Positions 24,673-32,000 of a stretch of 32,000 nt of DNA are shown piece by piece. A program made the position numbers and the translations under genes. Numbering within the stretch: the stretch's first letter is position 1; each line of letters begins with the position of its first letter. The notes beneath the pieces are model-generated. The model had not been told where the DNA came from. It searched no databases and saw only the letters and a list, made by a program, of their open reading frames with translations. Source of the stretch: Candidatus Nanosynbacter lyticus (lineage in GTDB: Bacteria; Patescibacteriota; Saccharimonadia; Saccharimonadales; Saccharimonadaceae); contig NZ_CP124549.1 of assembly GCF_030253515.1 (NCBI RefSeq), positions 660,001-692,000 of the forward strand, in the 5' to 3' direction.

Positions 24673-26127
24673 CTACTCAACCACATTACTCTCACGCAGT
24701 CGCAGCCCGGTCTGTCGCCGCATCCACCACATTGCCCCGATAATGACGAGGTAGACCACGACCGCCCACAGCCAGCTCAAGTTCACCTCCAGCTGCGCCC
24801 AGTCCAGCCCCGCCAGCCACGTGGCGATGCCGACTATATACTGGAGTAGCCACGTCGTCGGCGCAGCGACGAGCCCAGCCACCACCGGCACATCCGCGCA
24901 CACACCAACCACAAAGGTCAGTAGCATCGCTAGCGGCACCAATGGCAAAATGAGTATATTCGCGATCAGTGCCACGTTACTGATCACGCCAAACGACGCC
25001 ACCAAGAGCGGCCACGTCATGATCTGGGCCGACACCGTCTCGCCGATAATCTGCCGGATCACCCCGGGCGGCTTCGCACCAAAAAAGTATCGCTGCAGCA
25101 GCGGCGCCAGGATAATCACCCCGCTAAACGCCGCAAAGCTCAATTGCCAGCCGAGGTCGTTCCAGCCAAACTGTGGATTGATAAGTAGCGTCATCGCCGC
25201 AGCGACCGGCAGCAGCACTAGCGGATGAATCGTCCGGCCATAATACCACGCGGCTAGGCTCAGGCCCGCCACCAGCCCGGCCCGCGACATGCTCGGACTG
25301 AGGCCGGTCATCGCCATAAAGCCAATGATCATCACACCAGCGCTCAGCGCCGCCAGATATTTCGACACCCGAACGAACAGTCGCCGCGCCAGCCGCACTA
25401 AAATTGTTAAGTTATAGCCACTTGCTACGATGACGTGCGTCAAACCTGCGACCTGCAGCGCCGTCATCAATTCCAGCGGCAATGCCCGCCGCAAGCCCAT
25501 CAAGAACCCGAGGCCCAGTGCCGCCTCCGACTCCGGCACGTACCGCCGCACCCGCTCCGCAAACCAGTCACGGACGCCCACCGCCACGTCACCCGGTTGC
25601 TCGCGCGTCACTCGTTCAACCGCTGCCCGTGACATCCGCGCCGCAAACGCCCCAAACCCATCGGTCAGCGCGCCCCGAACCGTGACCACGTCGCTGCGTT
25701 TAATCGCCTGGTTATGCCTCGTCACCACCCAGACACTGCCAGGCAGCCGCCGATCATTACTCATGATATCACCCAGGCGCAGCACTGTCTGCCCCTTTTT
25801 ATCAACATCAGGATCTTCCAGCACCCGCCCGCTCAGCCGTACCATTTGACCGATCAGCGTTTGATAGTGCTCCAGGCCAATCTGCCCCACACTACCTCGC
25901 CACAGCCCAACCAGCACCCCACCGACTAGAGCTACTACGACCAGCCAGCGCCGCGCCCCAACGAGCGACGCTAGGGCCAATACCATTCCCGCCCCCAACC
26001 ACATCCAACCAGCAAACAGCCCGTACGGCGCTCGCATCACGCTGATAACACCGATAACGATGCCGACACCAGCCGCCGCCAACAGCCACGACACATGCAA
26101 ACGCTGGGTGAGGCCGAGAGACTTCAT
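24673..26127 (-). CDS. comEC: ComEC/Rec2 DNA internalisation channel, short form (no metallo-beta-lactamase domain)
   Basis: 484-aa polytopic membrane protein. An N-terminal OB-like segment (VRLSGRVLEDPDVDKKGQTVLRL...VWVV) is followed by the competence-domain motif AGLTHVIVASGYNLTIL. The ORF ends right after the last TM helix. Confidence 0.85.
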   Translation of the reverse strand: MKSLGLTQRLHVSWLLAAAGVGIVIGVISVMRAPYGLFAGWMWLGAGMVLALASLVGARRWLVVVALVGGVLVGLWRGSVGQIGLEHYQTLIGQMVRLSGRVLEDPDVDKKGQTVLRLGDIMSNDRRLPGSVWVVTRHNQAIKRSDVVTVRGALTDGFGAFAARMSRAAVERVTREQPGDVAVGVRDWFAERVRRYVPESEAALGLGFLMGLRRALPLELMTALQVAGLTHVIVASGYNLTILVRLARRLFVRVSKYLAALSAGVMIIGFMAMTGLSPSMSRAGLVAGLSLAAWYYGRTIHPLVLLPVAAAMTLLINPQFGWNDLGWQLSFAAFSGVIILAPLLQRYFFGAKPPGVIRQIIGETVSAQIMTWPLLVASFGVISNVALIANILILPLVPLAMLLTFVVGVCADVPVVAGLVAAPTTWLLQYIVGIATWLAGLDWAQLEVNLSWLWAVVVYLVIIGAMWWMRRQTGLRLRESNVVE

Positions 26128-26185
26128 ATAGTTAGTATACGCGAAGTGCGGCCAGACTTACATCAAATCACCTGAAATGGATACA

Positions 26186-26215
26186 ATAAAAAATCCTAGT
26201 TCATGAACTAGGATT
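26186..26215 (-). terminator. Rho-independent terminator downstream of tRNA-Lys
   Basis: The palindrome AATCCTAGTTCATGAACTAGGATT (26192-26215) is followed on the minus strand by TTTTTTATT. Confidence 0.6.
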
Positions 26216-26225
26216 GTACTCCACT

Positions 26226-26302
26226 TGGAGGGCCCACCGGGGCTTGAACCCGGGACACCCTGCTTAAAAGGCAGGTGCTCTAACCAGCTGAGCTATGGGC
26301 CC
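26226..26302 (-). tRNA. tRNA-Lys: tRNA-Lys (anticodon UUU), CCA encoded
   Basis: The minus strand reads GGGCCCATAGCTCAGCTGGTTAGAGCACCTGCCTTTTAAGCAGGGTGTCCCGGGTTCAAGCCCCGGTGGGCCCTCCA. It folds as a cloverleaf: 7-bp acceptor, GCTC/GAGC D stem, CCTGC/GCAGG anticodon stem with loop CTTTTAA, and CCGGG/CCCGG T stem with TTCAAGC. Confidence 0.9.
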
Positions 26303-26346
26303 GCACATGACGCGCAGCGCAACAAAGCGAGAACGCGACTTTTCAC

Positions 26347-26375
26347 ATTTTATCACAGAAGGACGGCGTTTTCAA
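26347..26375 (-). promoter_or_regulatory. Sigma70-like promoter for tRNA-Lys
   Basis: The minus strand reads TTGAAA (26375-26370), a 17-nt spacer, then TAAAAT (26352-26347). It lies about 45 nt upstream of the tRNA 5' end and overlaps the stop of the upstream ORF. Confidence 0.4.
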
Positions 26376-26863
26376 CGCTTTGTTTTCTTGGCAGCAGGTG
26401 CCTTGACCTTGAGCGGCACACTCATGTCAACCAGACCGGCCACCAGCCCAACGGTCGCCGCGTAGTACCACCAGTCGCTTAGCAATTTGTACGTCTTCAT
26501 CGCCTCCGCGTCCAAGGTCATAAACTTGCCCAGCGGCCGCACCAGCACCGCCGCTGCTAAGACGCCGATCAATATTGCTGAGATTAGCCGTAGCAACTTG
26601 CCATGTCCCTTTGGCCCAGTGATTAATAATAGTACCAGCGGCCCCACCGTCAGGATAATCGTCGCCACGACACCATTCGGTAGCCCTGCTACGTTACTGA
26701 CGCCCAGCCCGCCGATCACCCCGGCCAGCCACTCCGCCCATAACTCCGCCAGCAATGCACCAGCCGCCAGCGCCAGCGCCAACACGCCAAATCGCCGATT
26801 TAACACAAAAGCCAAGGCCGTCACCACCACGGCCACGCCACCAAATAACAACATTACACTCAT
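26372..26863 (-). CDS. Hypothetical integral membrane protein (4-5 TM helices)
   Basis: 163-aa hydrophobic ORF with a Lys-rich C-terminus. It overlaps the upstream DUF192 gene by 4 nt. I recognise no family. Confidence 0.6.
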   Translation of the reverse strand: MSVMLLFGGVAVVVTALAFVLNRRFGVLALALAAGALLAELWAEWLAGVIGGLGVSNVAGLPNGVVATIILTVGPLVLLLITGPKGHGKLLRLISAILIGVLAAAVLVRPLGKFMTLDAEAMKTYKLLSDWWYYAATVGLVAGLVDMSVPLKVKAPAAKKTKR

Positions 26864-27348
26864 CGCTTCCCCTCCGTCGTAAACCGCGCGGTGACGCCCG
26901 GTTTGATGCTGTGTTCCTTGGCACTACCTGCCGGCAGCTCCAACACGTACCGCGCCGGCACTGGTGTGTGATACACTTCGTGCGGCTCATTATCGGGCCA
27001 GACATCACGCTTGACATGCACGACCTTTTTCTTGGCATCCAGCCAAATGATATCAATCGGGACACGCATATCCTTCATCCACATTGGTATATCACCGTCT
27101 TTCTCGGCCACAAACAACATCCCCTCGCTCTTGCCCAGCTCCTGCCGACCGCCCAAGCCTCGCGCCCGCGTCTCGTCCGTATCAGCGACCTCTACTCGAA
27201 ACGTACCCTTGCCAATGTCAACCGTCGTGTACGTTTTATTCATCTGGCGCGTCACCGCCCATACGCCGTAGCCGATCCCGGCCAACACGCCGAGCACGAT
27301 CACCCAAACGATGATCCGCTGCACTATCGACGCCGACTTCGCATTCAT
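26860..27348 (-). CDS. DUF192 (COG1430) family protein with an N-terminal membrane anchor
   Basis: ARGLGGRQELGKSEGMLFVAEKDGDIPMWMKDMRVPIDIIWLD...VLELPAGSA matches the DUF192 pattern (RxxGLM..., MWMKNT, PLDiif). Confidence 0.75.
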   Translation of the reverse strand: MNAKSASIVQRIIVWVIVLGVLAGIGYGVWAVTRQMNKTYTTVDIGKGTFRVEVADTDETRARGLGGRQELGKSEGMLFVAEKDGDIPMWMKDMRVPIDIIWLDAKKKVVHVKRDVWPDNEPHEVYHTPVPARYVLELPAGSAKEHSIKPGVTARFTTEGKR

Positions 27349-27372
27349 ACTCCCATTATAGCAAGTTTAGCT

Positions 27373-28290
27373 TCAGGCGCCGACTTTATCTTTTTTGTTA
27401 CCGCGCTTGGCGTTGCGATCAATATAGTCGATGATTCGACCAGCCACATTGCGGCCCGTGACTTTTTCGATGCCAAATCCTGGACTGGCATTCACTTCTA
27501 ATACCAGCGCCCCACGGTTCGAGCGCATGAAGTCGACGCCGGCCACTACCAAACCCATGGCTTTGGCAGCTTTGATGCACATCTTTCGCTCATCAGGCGT
27601 TAATTTAATGGCGGTTCCCTCGCCGCCCTTATGTAAGTTACTGCGAAAGTCATCATCTAAACTCTGTCGTTTCATGCTAGCTACCACTTGACTACCGACC
27701 ACAAATGCCCGAATATCGGTGCCAGCCGACTCCTTGATAAATTCCTGTAGTAGCACGTTTGTGCCGTCAGAATCACTGAGGTAAAACGCTTGCATAACCG
27801 ACTTAGCGGCTTTAATTGTCTCCGCCAGTACCACGCCATTGCCGTGGGTGCCGCGCGCCAGCTTAATAATCGCCGGCGTACCGCCAATCTCATCCAGCAG
27901 TACATCGATATCCGTTTCATTGCGCGAGAACACCGTCTTTGGGATCGACACCCCAGCCCGGGCCAGCAGCTGCACCGATCGTAGTTTATCGCGCGAACGA
28001 CTGATGGCGATAGACCGATTCATAAAAAATGCTTGCGGATTCGCCATTTCCAATTGCCGCAGCACTGCCGTCCCGTAGCGCGTCATATAGCTAGCAATTC
28101 GCGGGATGAACACGTCAAAGTTACCGATTTCCCTGCCGCGATAAATAACCTTTGGATGCCGCTCATCAATTGACACATAACAATTTTTATACTTGATAAC
28201 TTTAACTCGATGACCACGCTTTTCAGCTTCTTCCTTGAGGCGAAGGGTGGAGTAGTTGATGTTACCGTTAGATAGAATCGCAATATTCAT
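27373..28290 (-). CDS. rimK: RimK-family ATP-grasp alpha-L-glutamate ligase
   Basis: MNIAILSNG...STLRLKEEAEKRGHRV, DKLRSVQLLARAGVSIPKT, IIKLARGTHGNGVVLAE, GTDIRAFVVG and LVLEVNASPG are all present. Length is 305 aa, typical for RimK. Confidence 0.9.
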   Translation of the reverse strand: MNIAILSNGNINYSTLRLKEEAEKRGHRVKVIKYKNCYVSIDERHPKVIYRGREIGNFDVFIPRIASYMTRYGTAVLRQLEMANPQAFFMNRSIAISRSRDKLRSVQLLARAGVSIPKTVFSRNETDIDVLLDEIGGTPAIIKLARGTHGNGVVLAETIKAAKSVMQAFYLSDSDGTNVLLQEFIKESAGTDIRAFVVGSQVVASMKRQSLDDDFRSNLHKGGEGTAIKLTPDERKMCIKAAKAMGLVVAGVDFMRSNRGALVLEVNASPGFGIEKVTGRNVAGRIIDYIDRNAKRGNKKDKVGA

Positions 28291-28292
28291 AA

Positions 28293-28799
28293 CTACGTAT
28301 CCTTTGGTTTATGGTATTTTTTATAAAACTTGTGAGGATTTTTAGCTAGTTCTTTATTTAGCCTTATAGTCTGTGATTTCTTCTGGTTCCTTACTTCATT
28401 CATACTTACGTCAACCAAAAACTTACCGCTTAATGTCCGTCGTCCAATTAGCACTGGAAAATTATGCACAGCCCTATCAGACAGGCTAAATAACGCTTTA
28501 ATCTTCTTGCCAGCCAATATAATGGTAAAATGTGTCCGATATTTTATAATTTCATGGCCAGAGGCGCTCTTAACCATCGCTACCGAATAATCGGTACGCC
28601 GAAACACCTTGCCGTTATAATACGGTGAGCCTTTACCAAATAGCGAGAACTTCAAGACACCGTCTTTATCAACACGAATATTGCTCGCCCACACTGATGA
28701 GCCGTCCGCACCGGTGTCAACCTTAGCCGGCACATTAACCGCCCGCCGACCAAAGTCCACCTTCACATTTCGACCAATGATGGTTTTTTGTGCTGCCAT
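28293..28799 (-). CDS. RimK-associated retropepsin-like protease (COG4067 / Zn_protease family)
   Basis: IGRNVKVDFGRRAVNVPAKVDTGADGSSVWA contains a DTGA aspartic-protease-like motif. It lies 2 nt upstream of rimK, the conserved pairing for this family. Confidence 0.8.
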   Translation of the reverse strand: MAAQKTIIGRNVKVDFGRRAVNVPAKVDTGADGSSVWASNIRVDKDGVLKFSLFGKGSPYYNGKVFRRTDYSVAMVKSASGHEIIKYRTHFTIILAGKKIKALFSLSDRAVHNFPVLIGRRTLSGKFLVDVSMNEVRNQKKSQTIRLNKELAKNPHKFYKKYHKPKDT

Positions 28800-28838
28800 G
28801 CACCATATACTATAATCTAAAAACCTACATCAGTCAAG

Positions 28839-29784
28839 CTACGAAGCTGCTCGTTTGTAGACAGCCGGAACATTAGCAGGCATGCCGACAAGTGGATCAT
28901 AGTACGGCATAAGGCCCGAGGATGCATTTATTTCAACCCTCGGAAATTATCGGGAGCTATAATGTCAACACCGCAGATAAACAGGCCGAAGTATTCAGTA
29001 ACTCGCACAGCCATCTGCTTCACTTCATTCGGTACTTTATTGAGGCACTCTAGCGCATAGCCACCACTAGAAATATTCGCTACACCAGTTACTTGTACTC
29101 GTGTCCCATCGGATGGAATACATCGCAACTCAACATCGCTCAAAAAGCCCGCACGGCCTCTGGGTCAATTAGATTCATGGACTTTTCATGAGGTAGCTGA
29201 CCGCAACGAGGATTTGTCATATTATCCAGGTCAATCAGCTCACGAGTTGTATGCACCCCATCGCCCCAGACTTCTGCGGGACAGCGCTGAATTGCTGCAA
29301 CCACCTCACCGTCTATCACAATAAGCCGATAATCATTTCCCTCAATGTGACGCTGCAGCAGCACACCTCCCTTCCTTACATATTGTTGTGCTCGCTTGAC
29401 TGCCCTTGCAATTCATCTATACGGCGGATATTTGTCGTCACCTCATCCCCATGTGTGGCATCAATGGGCTTCACCACTACCACACCCTGCTCCTCTAAAA
29501 ACTGCTCGGCAACAGCTATATCACCCACTATCACTGAAGGCACTGGCCATTGCTCAAATTCACCCGATTGCACCAAAAGCTTATCAGTCAGCTCTTTGTT
29601 ATCAGAAATTGATCGGCCAGTACCATTAGACACATCTGGTGAGCTGCCCATTATAAATCGCATGCGACCTGCGTAACGAAACGTAATACACGACGCCCCC
29701 GGATTTATAGCCGGCTACCGGGATACTGCGCTTCTTTAGTTCATTATAGATTGCAAGTGATGTCCCTTGTAGTTGATTTGTCAT
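28839..29784 (-). pseudogene. Decayed ATP-grasp ligase gene (cyanophycin-synthetase-N-terminal / RimK-related type) split over five reading-frame segments
   Basis: The segments, N- to C-terminal, each lie in a different frame from their neighbour. (1) MTNQLQGTSLAIYNELKKRSIPV (from the ATG at 29784). (2) RFIMGSSPDVSNGTGRSISDNKELTDKLL...VVVKPIDATHGDEV (29376-29663). (3) LLQRHIEGNDYRLIVIDGEVVAAIQRCPAEVWGDGVHTTRELIDLDN (29140-29364). (4) VANISSGGYALECLNKVPNEVKQMAVRVTEYFGLFICGVDII (28928-29143). (5) EINASSGLMPYYDPLVGMPANV...* (to 28839). Confidence 0.7.
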
Positions 29785-29832
29785 ACAGTGATAGTACCTC
29801 TATTATCTTGTATAAGAATACCCTTCTTGTAC

Positions 29833-31335
29833 CTACGCTGCAAGCGCCCTCATCATCAACTCTTGCTGCCTGGGGTTGGTTGGATCATACTTACCAGCAA
29901 AGAGACGAGTAACTCCATCAACGTCCTGATTAGCGTATAGACTCTCCAAATGTCGCATTGCCAGAACACGCCCCTCAAGATAAGCGAGGTCTTTATTAAA
30001 GGTTAGTGGCGCTACCCCAGGCTGGCGGTCCGCCATATCAGGCTGCGTGCCACGGAAGATCCTTACACAGGACCCATATGCCATTCGCTGCTCTTTATCT
30101 ATCATCTCCTGCGTCACCTCTTGATTATCCTTTAACTTCCCAAGTAGACGATATCGCCACGCTGTCTCGAACACCGTGCGAAAATCTGCACCCTGCTCCG
30201 CCAGCGAGATATTAATGTAGTGGCCAAGTTTTGCAGCTGTCCATTTCGGCACAGTATCACCAATCATTTCCTCAACCGTCGTCGCCAGCCCCTCTTCAAA
30301 GGTCAGGTAATCTGGTCGTGGAGTATCAGTGAACAAACCCATCCCGAGGACCGATAGCTTTGTCTTCAGTCCATTGATTGAACGCTGCCCATGTACTCCA
30401 AATTCGTGTAGTACCTTACGAAACAGCTCATCACTTGTCTTGATCGGCGCTCGCTTCCCACCAACTACCACTGCCATCTCTGGAGATTCCCAAGATAGCG
30501 CAGTCTTATTTTCTACTAGCTTCACCGTTACGCCGCTGGTATGATCAGGGTCGCGCAGATTGATCACTGCTTGAAACGCTTCGACGATATCAGCTGGACC
30601 GCATACATATTCTTCACCACATTCTTTGACTTTCTGGCCCCATAACTCCTGCACCAGCGCCTGAATATCAGCATTGTGCTCAATAATCTGCTCACCAGCC
30701 CACTCCAATGCCTGATTATCCTCAAAGCGAGGAAGTCGTGCTTCATCATCTTCAGCACGGAGCATCGCCGGTATTACCTGGTCCTGCCAGTTAAAGCCAT
30801 TCGCTAACTCATCGTACAAAACCTGTGCGGTCGGGTGATAGGCTTTGCCGTCTAGTATATTCCACAGCTCATTAAGCGCCGCATCACGAATCTCTGGCTG
30901 CGGCTGACCGTATAATTCATGACCAAGCTGTCGAGCTTGCTCCTGCACCTCACTCAACTCTTCTTGATTTCCCCCTTCATGATGTAAAAACTCTAGCTGA
31001 CCGAGCAACTTCACATATTCCATTTCCGCCATGCGAAACGCAAGCGACGAACCAATCGCCTCACGGGATACTGAGTCAGGCTCACGATCAGTCGCCTCTT
31101 CACGAGCTCGACCAAGTGCTATAACACCCTTATCTAGTGCCGACATATCGCGAAGACGCCGGTGTTCAAAGCGAGGATTACGAAACTTCCCAGCGATAAA
31201 GTCCTCTCGCTGATCGAGCGCATTATTAACAAGTTCTGTATACGACTGAAACCCGGCTTCAGGAAGATTGTGAGGATTAATAATCTCTTCAATCGTTCGC
31301 GGTTGGCGCGGTACCATTTCGAGCACTATACTCAT
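29833..31335 (-). CDS. DUF1704 / MATCAP-like putative metallocarboxypeptidase (QEGLA-motif family)
   Basis: 500 aa. The HExxxH motif HEFGVH is encoded at 30391-30408. A downstream FEEGLATTVEE (EGLA motif) sits at 30283-30297, the spacing expected for a gluzincin third ligand. Confidence 0.7.
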   Translation of the reverse strand: MSIVLEMVPRQPRTIEEIINPHNLPEAGFQSYTELVNNALDQREDFIAGKFRNPRFEHRRLRDMSALDKGVIALGRAREEATDREPDSVSREAIGSSLAFRMAEMEYVKLLGQLEFLHHEGGNQEELSEVQEQARQLGHELYGQPQPEIRDAALNELWNILDGKAYHPTAQVLYDELANGFNWQDQVIPAMLRAEDDEARLPRFEDNQALEWAGEQIIEHNADIQALVQELWGQKVKECGEEYVCGPADIVEAFQAVINLRDPDHTSGVTVKLVENKTALSWESPEMAVVVGGKRAPIKTSDELFRKVLHEFGVHGQRSINGLKTKLSVLGMGLFTDTPRPDYLTFEEGLATTVEEMIGDTVPKWTAAKLGHYINISLAEQGADFRTVFETAWRYRLLGKLKDNQEVTQEMIDKEQRMAYGSCVRIFRGTQPDMADRQPGVAPLTFNKDLAYLEGRVLAMRHLESLYANQDVDGVTRLFAGKYDPTNPRQQELMMRALAA

Positions 31336-31376
31336 TTTTTCATGATAGCATATTTATGCAAAAAAGCAAGTACGTA

Positions 31377-32000
31377 TTACGAAAACAGTCCGCGCCTCCT
31401 CGCACCATCAAACTGTTCCAGTAGTTCTCGCTGCTTCTTACTCAGTTTGGTTGGCGTATCGACGATGACGCCGACGATGTGCGGGCCGCGTTCGTCATTT
31501 CTCAAGTGCGGCACGCCGTGGTCTGATAACTTAAAATCAGTCCCCGACTGGGTGCCGGCTGGGATTTTCATCCGCACGGTGCCATCCACGGTTTCCACAT
31601 CAATTTCCGTTCCCAGCGCTGCATCAACCATCGAGATATGCTCTTCTGACAGGATAATGTCGCCTTCACGAGTGAACTTCTTATGCGCCTTGACACGAAT
31701 GTGAACGTATAGGTCGCCGCGCGGGCCGCCTTGAACAGCTTCGCCACGACCATGCAGGCGGATCGTCGCGCCATCATCAATACCAGCTGGGATCTTGACC
31801 GTGATCTCCTGGCGCTGGCGAGTCGTACCCTTACCGCCACAGACTGAACAGTTTTGCTCTGGAATCTTGCCGCGGCCGTGACAGGTCGGACAGGTGACTG
31901 CTTGCTGAATTTGTCCAAAAATCGAGTTCATGACGCGAGTCTGCTGACCAGAACCCTTGCAGTCCTCACAGGTTTTTAAGCTATGGCCCGGCTCGACGCC
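31377..32000 (-). CDS. dnaJ: Molecular chaperone DnaJ, C-terminal part (5' end outside the window)
   Basis: Zinc-finger repeats CEDCKGSG, CPTCHGRG and CSVCGGKG are followed by CTD I/II (KIPAGIDDGATIRLHGRGE, GDLYVHIRV). The frame stays open to the window edge. Confidence 0.9.
   Translation of the reverse strand, partial: GVEPGHSLKTCEDCKGSGQQTRVMNSIFGQIQQAVTCPTCHGRGKIPEQNCSVCGGKGTTRQRQEITVKIPAGIDDGATIRLHGRGEAVQGGPRGDLYVHIRVKAHKKFTREGDIILSEEHISMVDAALGTEIDVETVDGTVRMKIPAGTQSGTDFKLSDHGVPHLRNDERGPHIVGVIVDTPTKLSKKQRELLEQFDGARRRGLFS

Noticed and set aside
26128-26371. tRNA-Lys as an integration site for a genomic island
   Set aside because: There is no integrase, no duplicated tRNA 3' fragment, and both flanking genes (comEC and the membrane/DUF192 operon) look like backbone. 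The nearest AT-rich cassette is 1.5 kb away on the far side of comEC.
26225-26482. 85-aa plus-strand ORF (MEGPPGLEPGTPCLKG...)
   Set aside because: It is the antisense of tRNA-Lys and its promoter region, so it is an artefact of the structured RNA gene.
28839-29784. Programmed ribosomal frameshifting or recoding in the ATP-grasp gene
   Set aside because: Four separate frame changes in both directions, with no slippery heptamers that I can see, are far more consistent with decay or assembly indels than with programmed recoding.

Overview
This is a compact, nearly gap-free bacterial chromosome segment of about 40 genes, roughly 85% on the minus strand. The backbone is housekeeping: type IV pilus pilB/pilC, trmB, an MscS channel, aspS, ruvB, ruvA, a class A PBP, ruvC, yebC, comEC, tRNA-Lys(UUU), rimK and dnaJ. 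The gene content and layout suggest a reduced-genome Patescibacteria/Saccharibacteria-like organism: T4P plus a short ComEC, a lamin-tail-domain surface protein, tiny intergenic gaps, 4-nt gene overlaps and GGAGG Shine-Dalgarno sites. That lineage call is inference only. Several cassettes that look more A+T-rich by eye are inserted in this backbone. (1) A MazG / wHTH-Nudix / HD-CYTH-fusion nucleotide-phosphohydrolase cluster at 2.2-4.7 kb. (2) An alpha/beta hydrolase, a VIT1-like transporter and an SDR-MerR pair at 8.9-11.9 kb. (3) A membrane-anchored HExxHxxGxxH metalloprotease between ruvB and ruvA, next to a beheaded HIT gene, at 14.7-16.4 kb. (4) Two tandem paralogous ORFs of unknown family between yebC and comEC at 22.8-24.6 kb. 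(5) A RimK / retropepsin-like protease / multiply frameshifted second ATP-grasp / DUF1704 (MATCAP-like, HExxxH + EGLA) cluster at 27.4-31.3 kb. I saw no rRNA, CRISPR array, transposase or integrase. The best candidates for something undescribed are cassette 5 (a possible C-terminal tail write/erase module), cassette 4, the HD-CYTH fusion with its divergent wHTH-Nudix gene, and the LTD protein with six basic Cys-pair repeats. All family assignments come from motifs I read in the translations. No database search was run.
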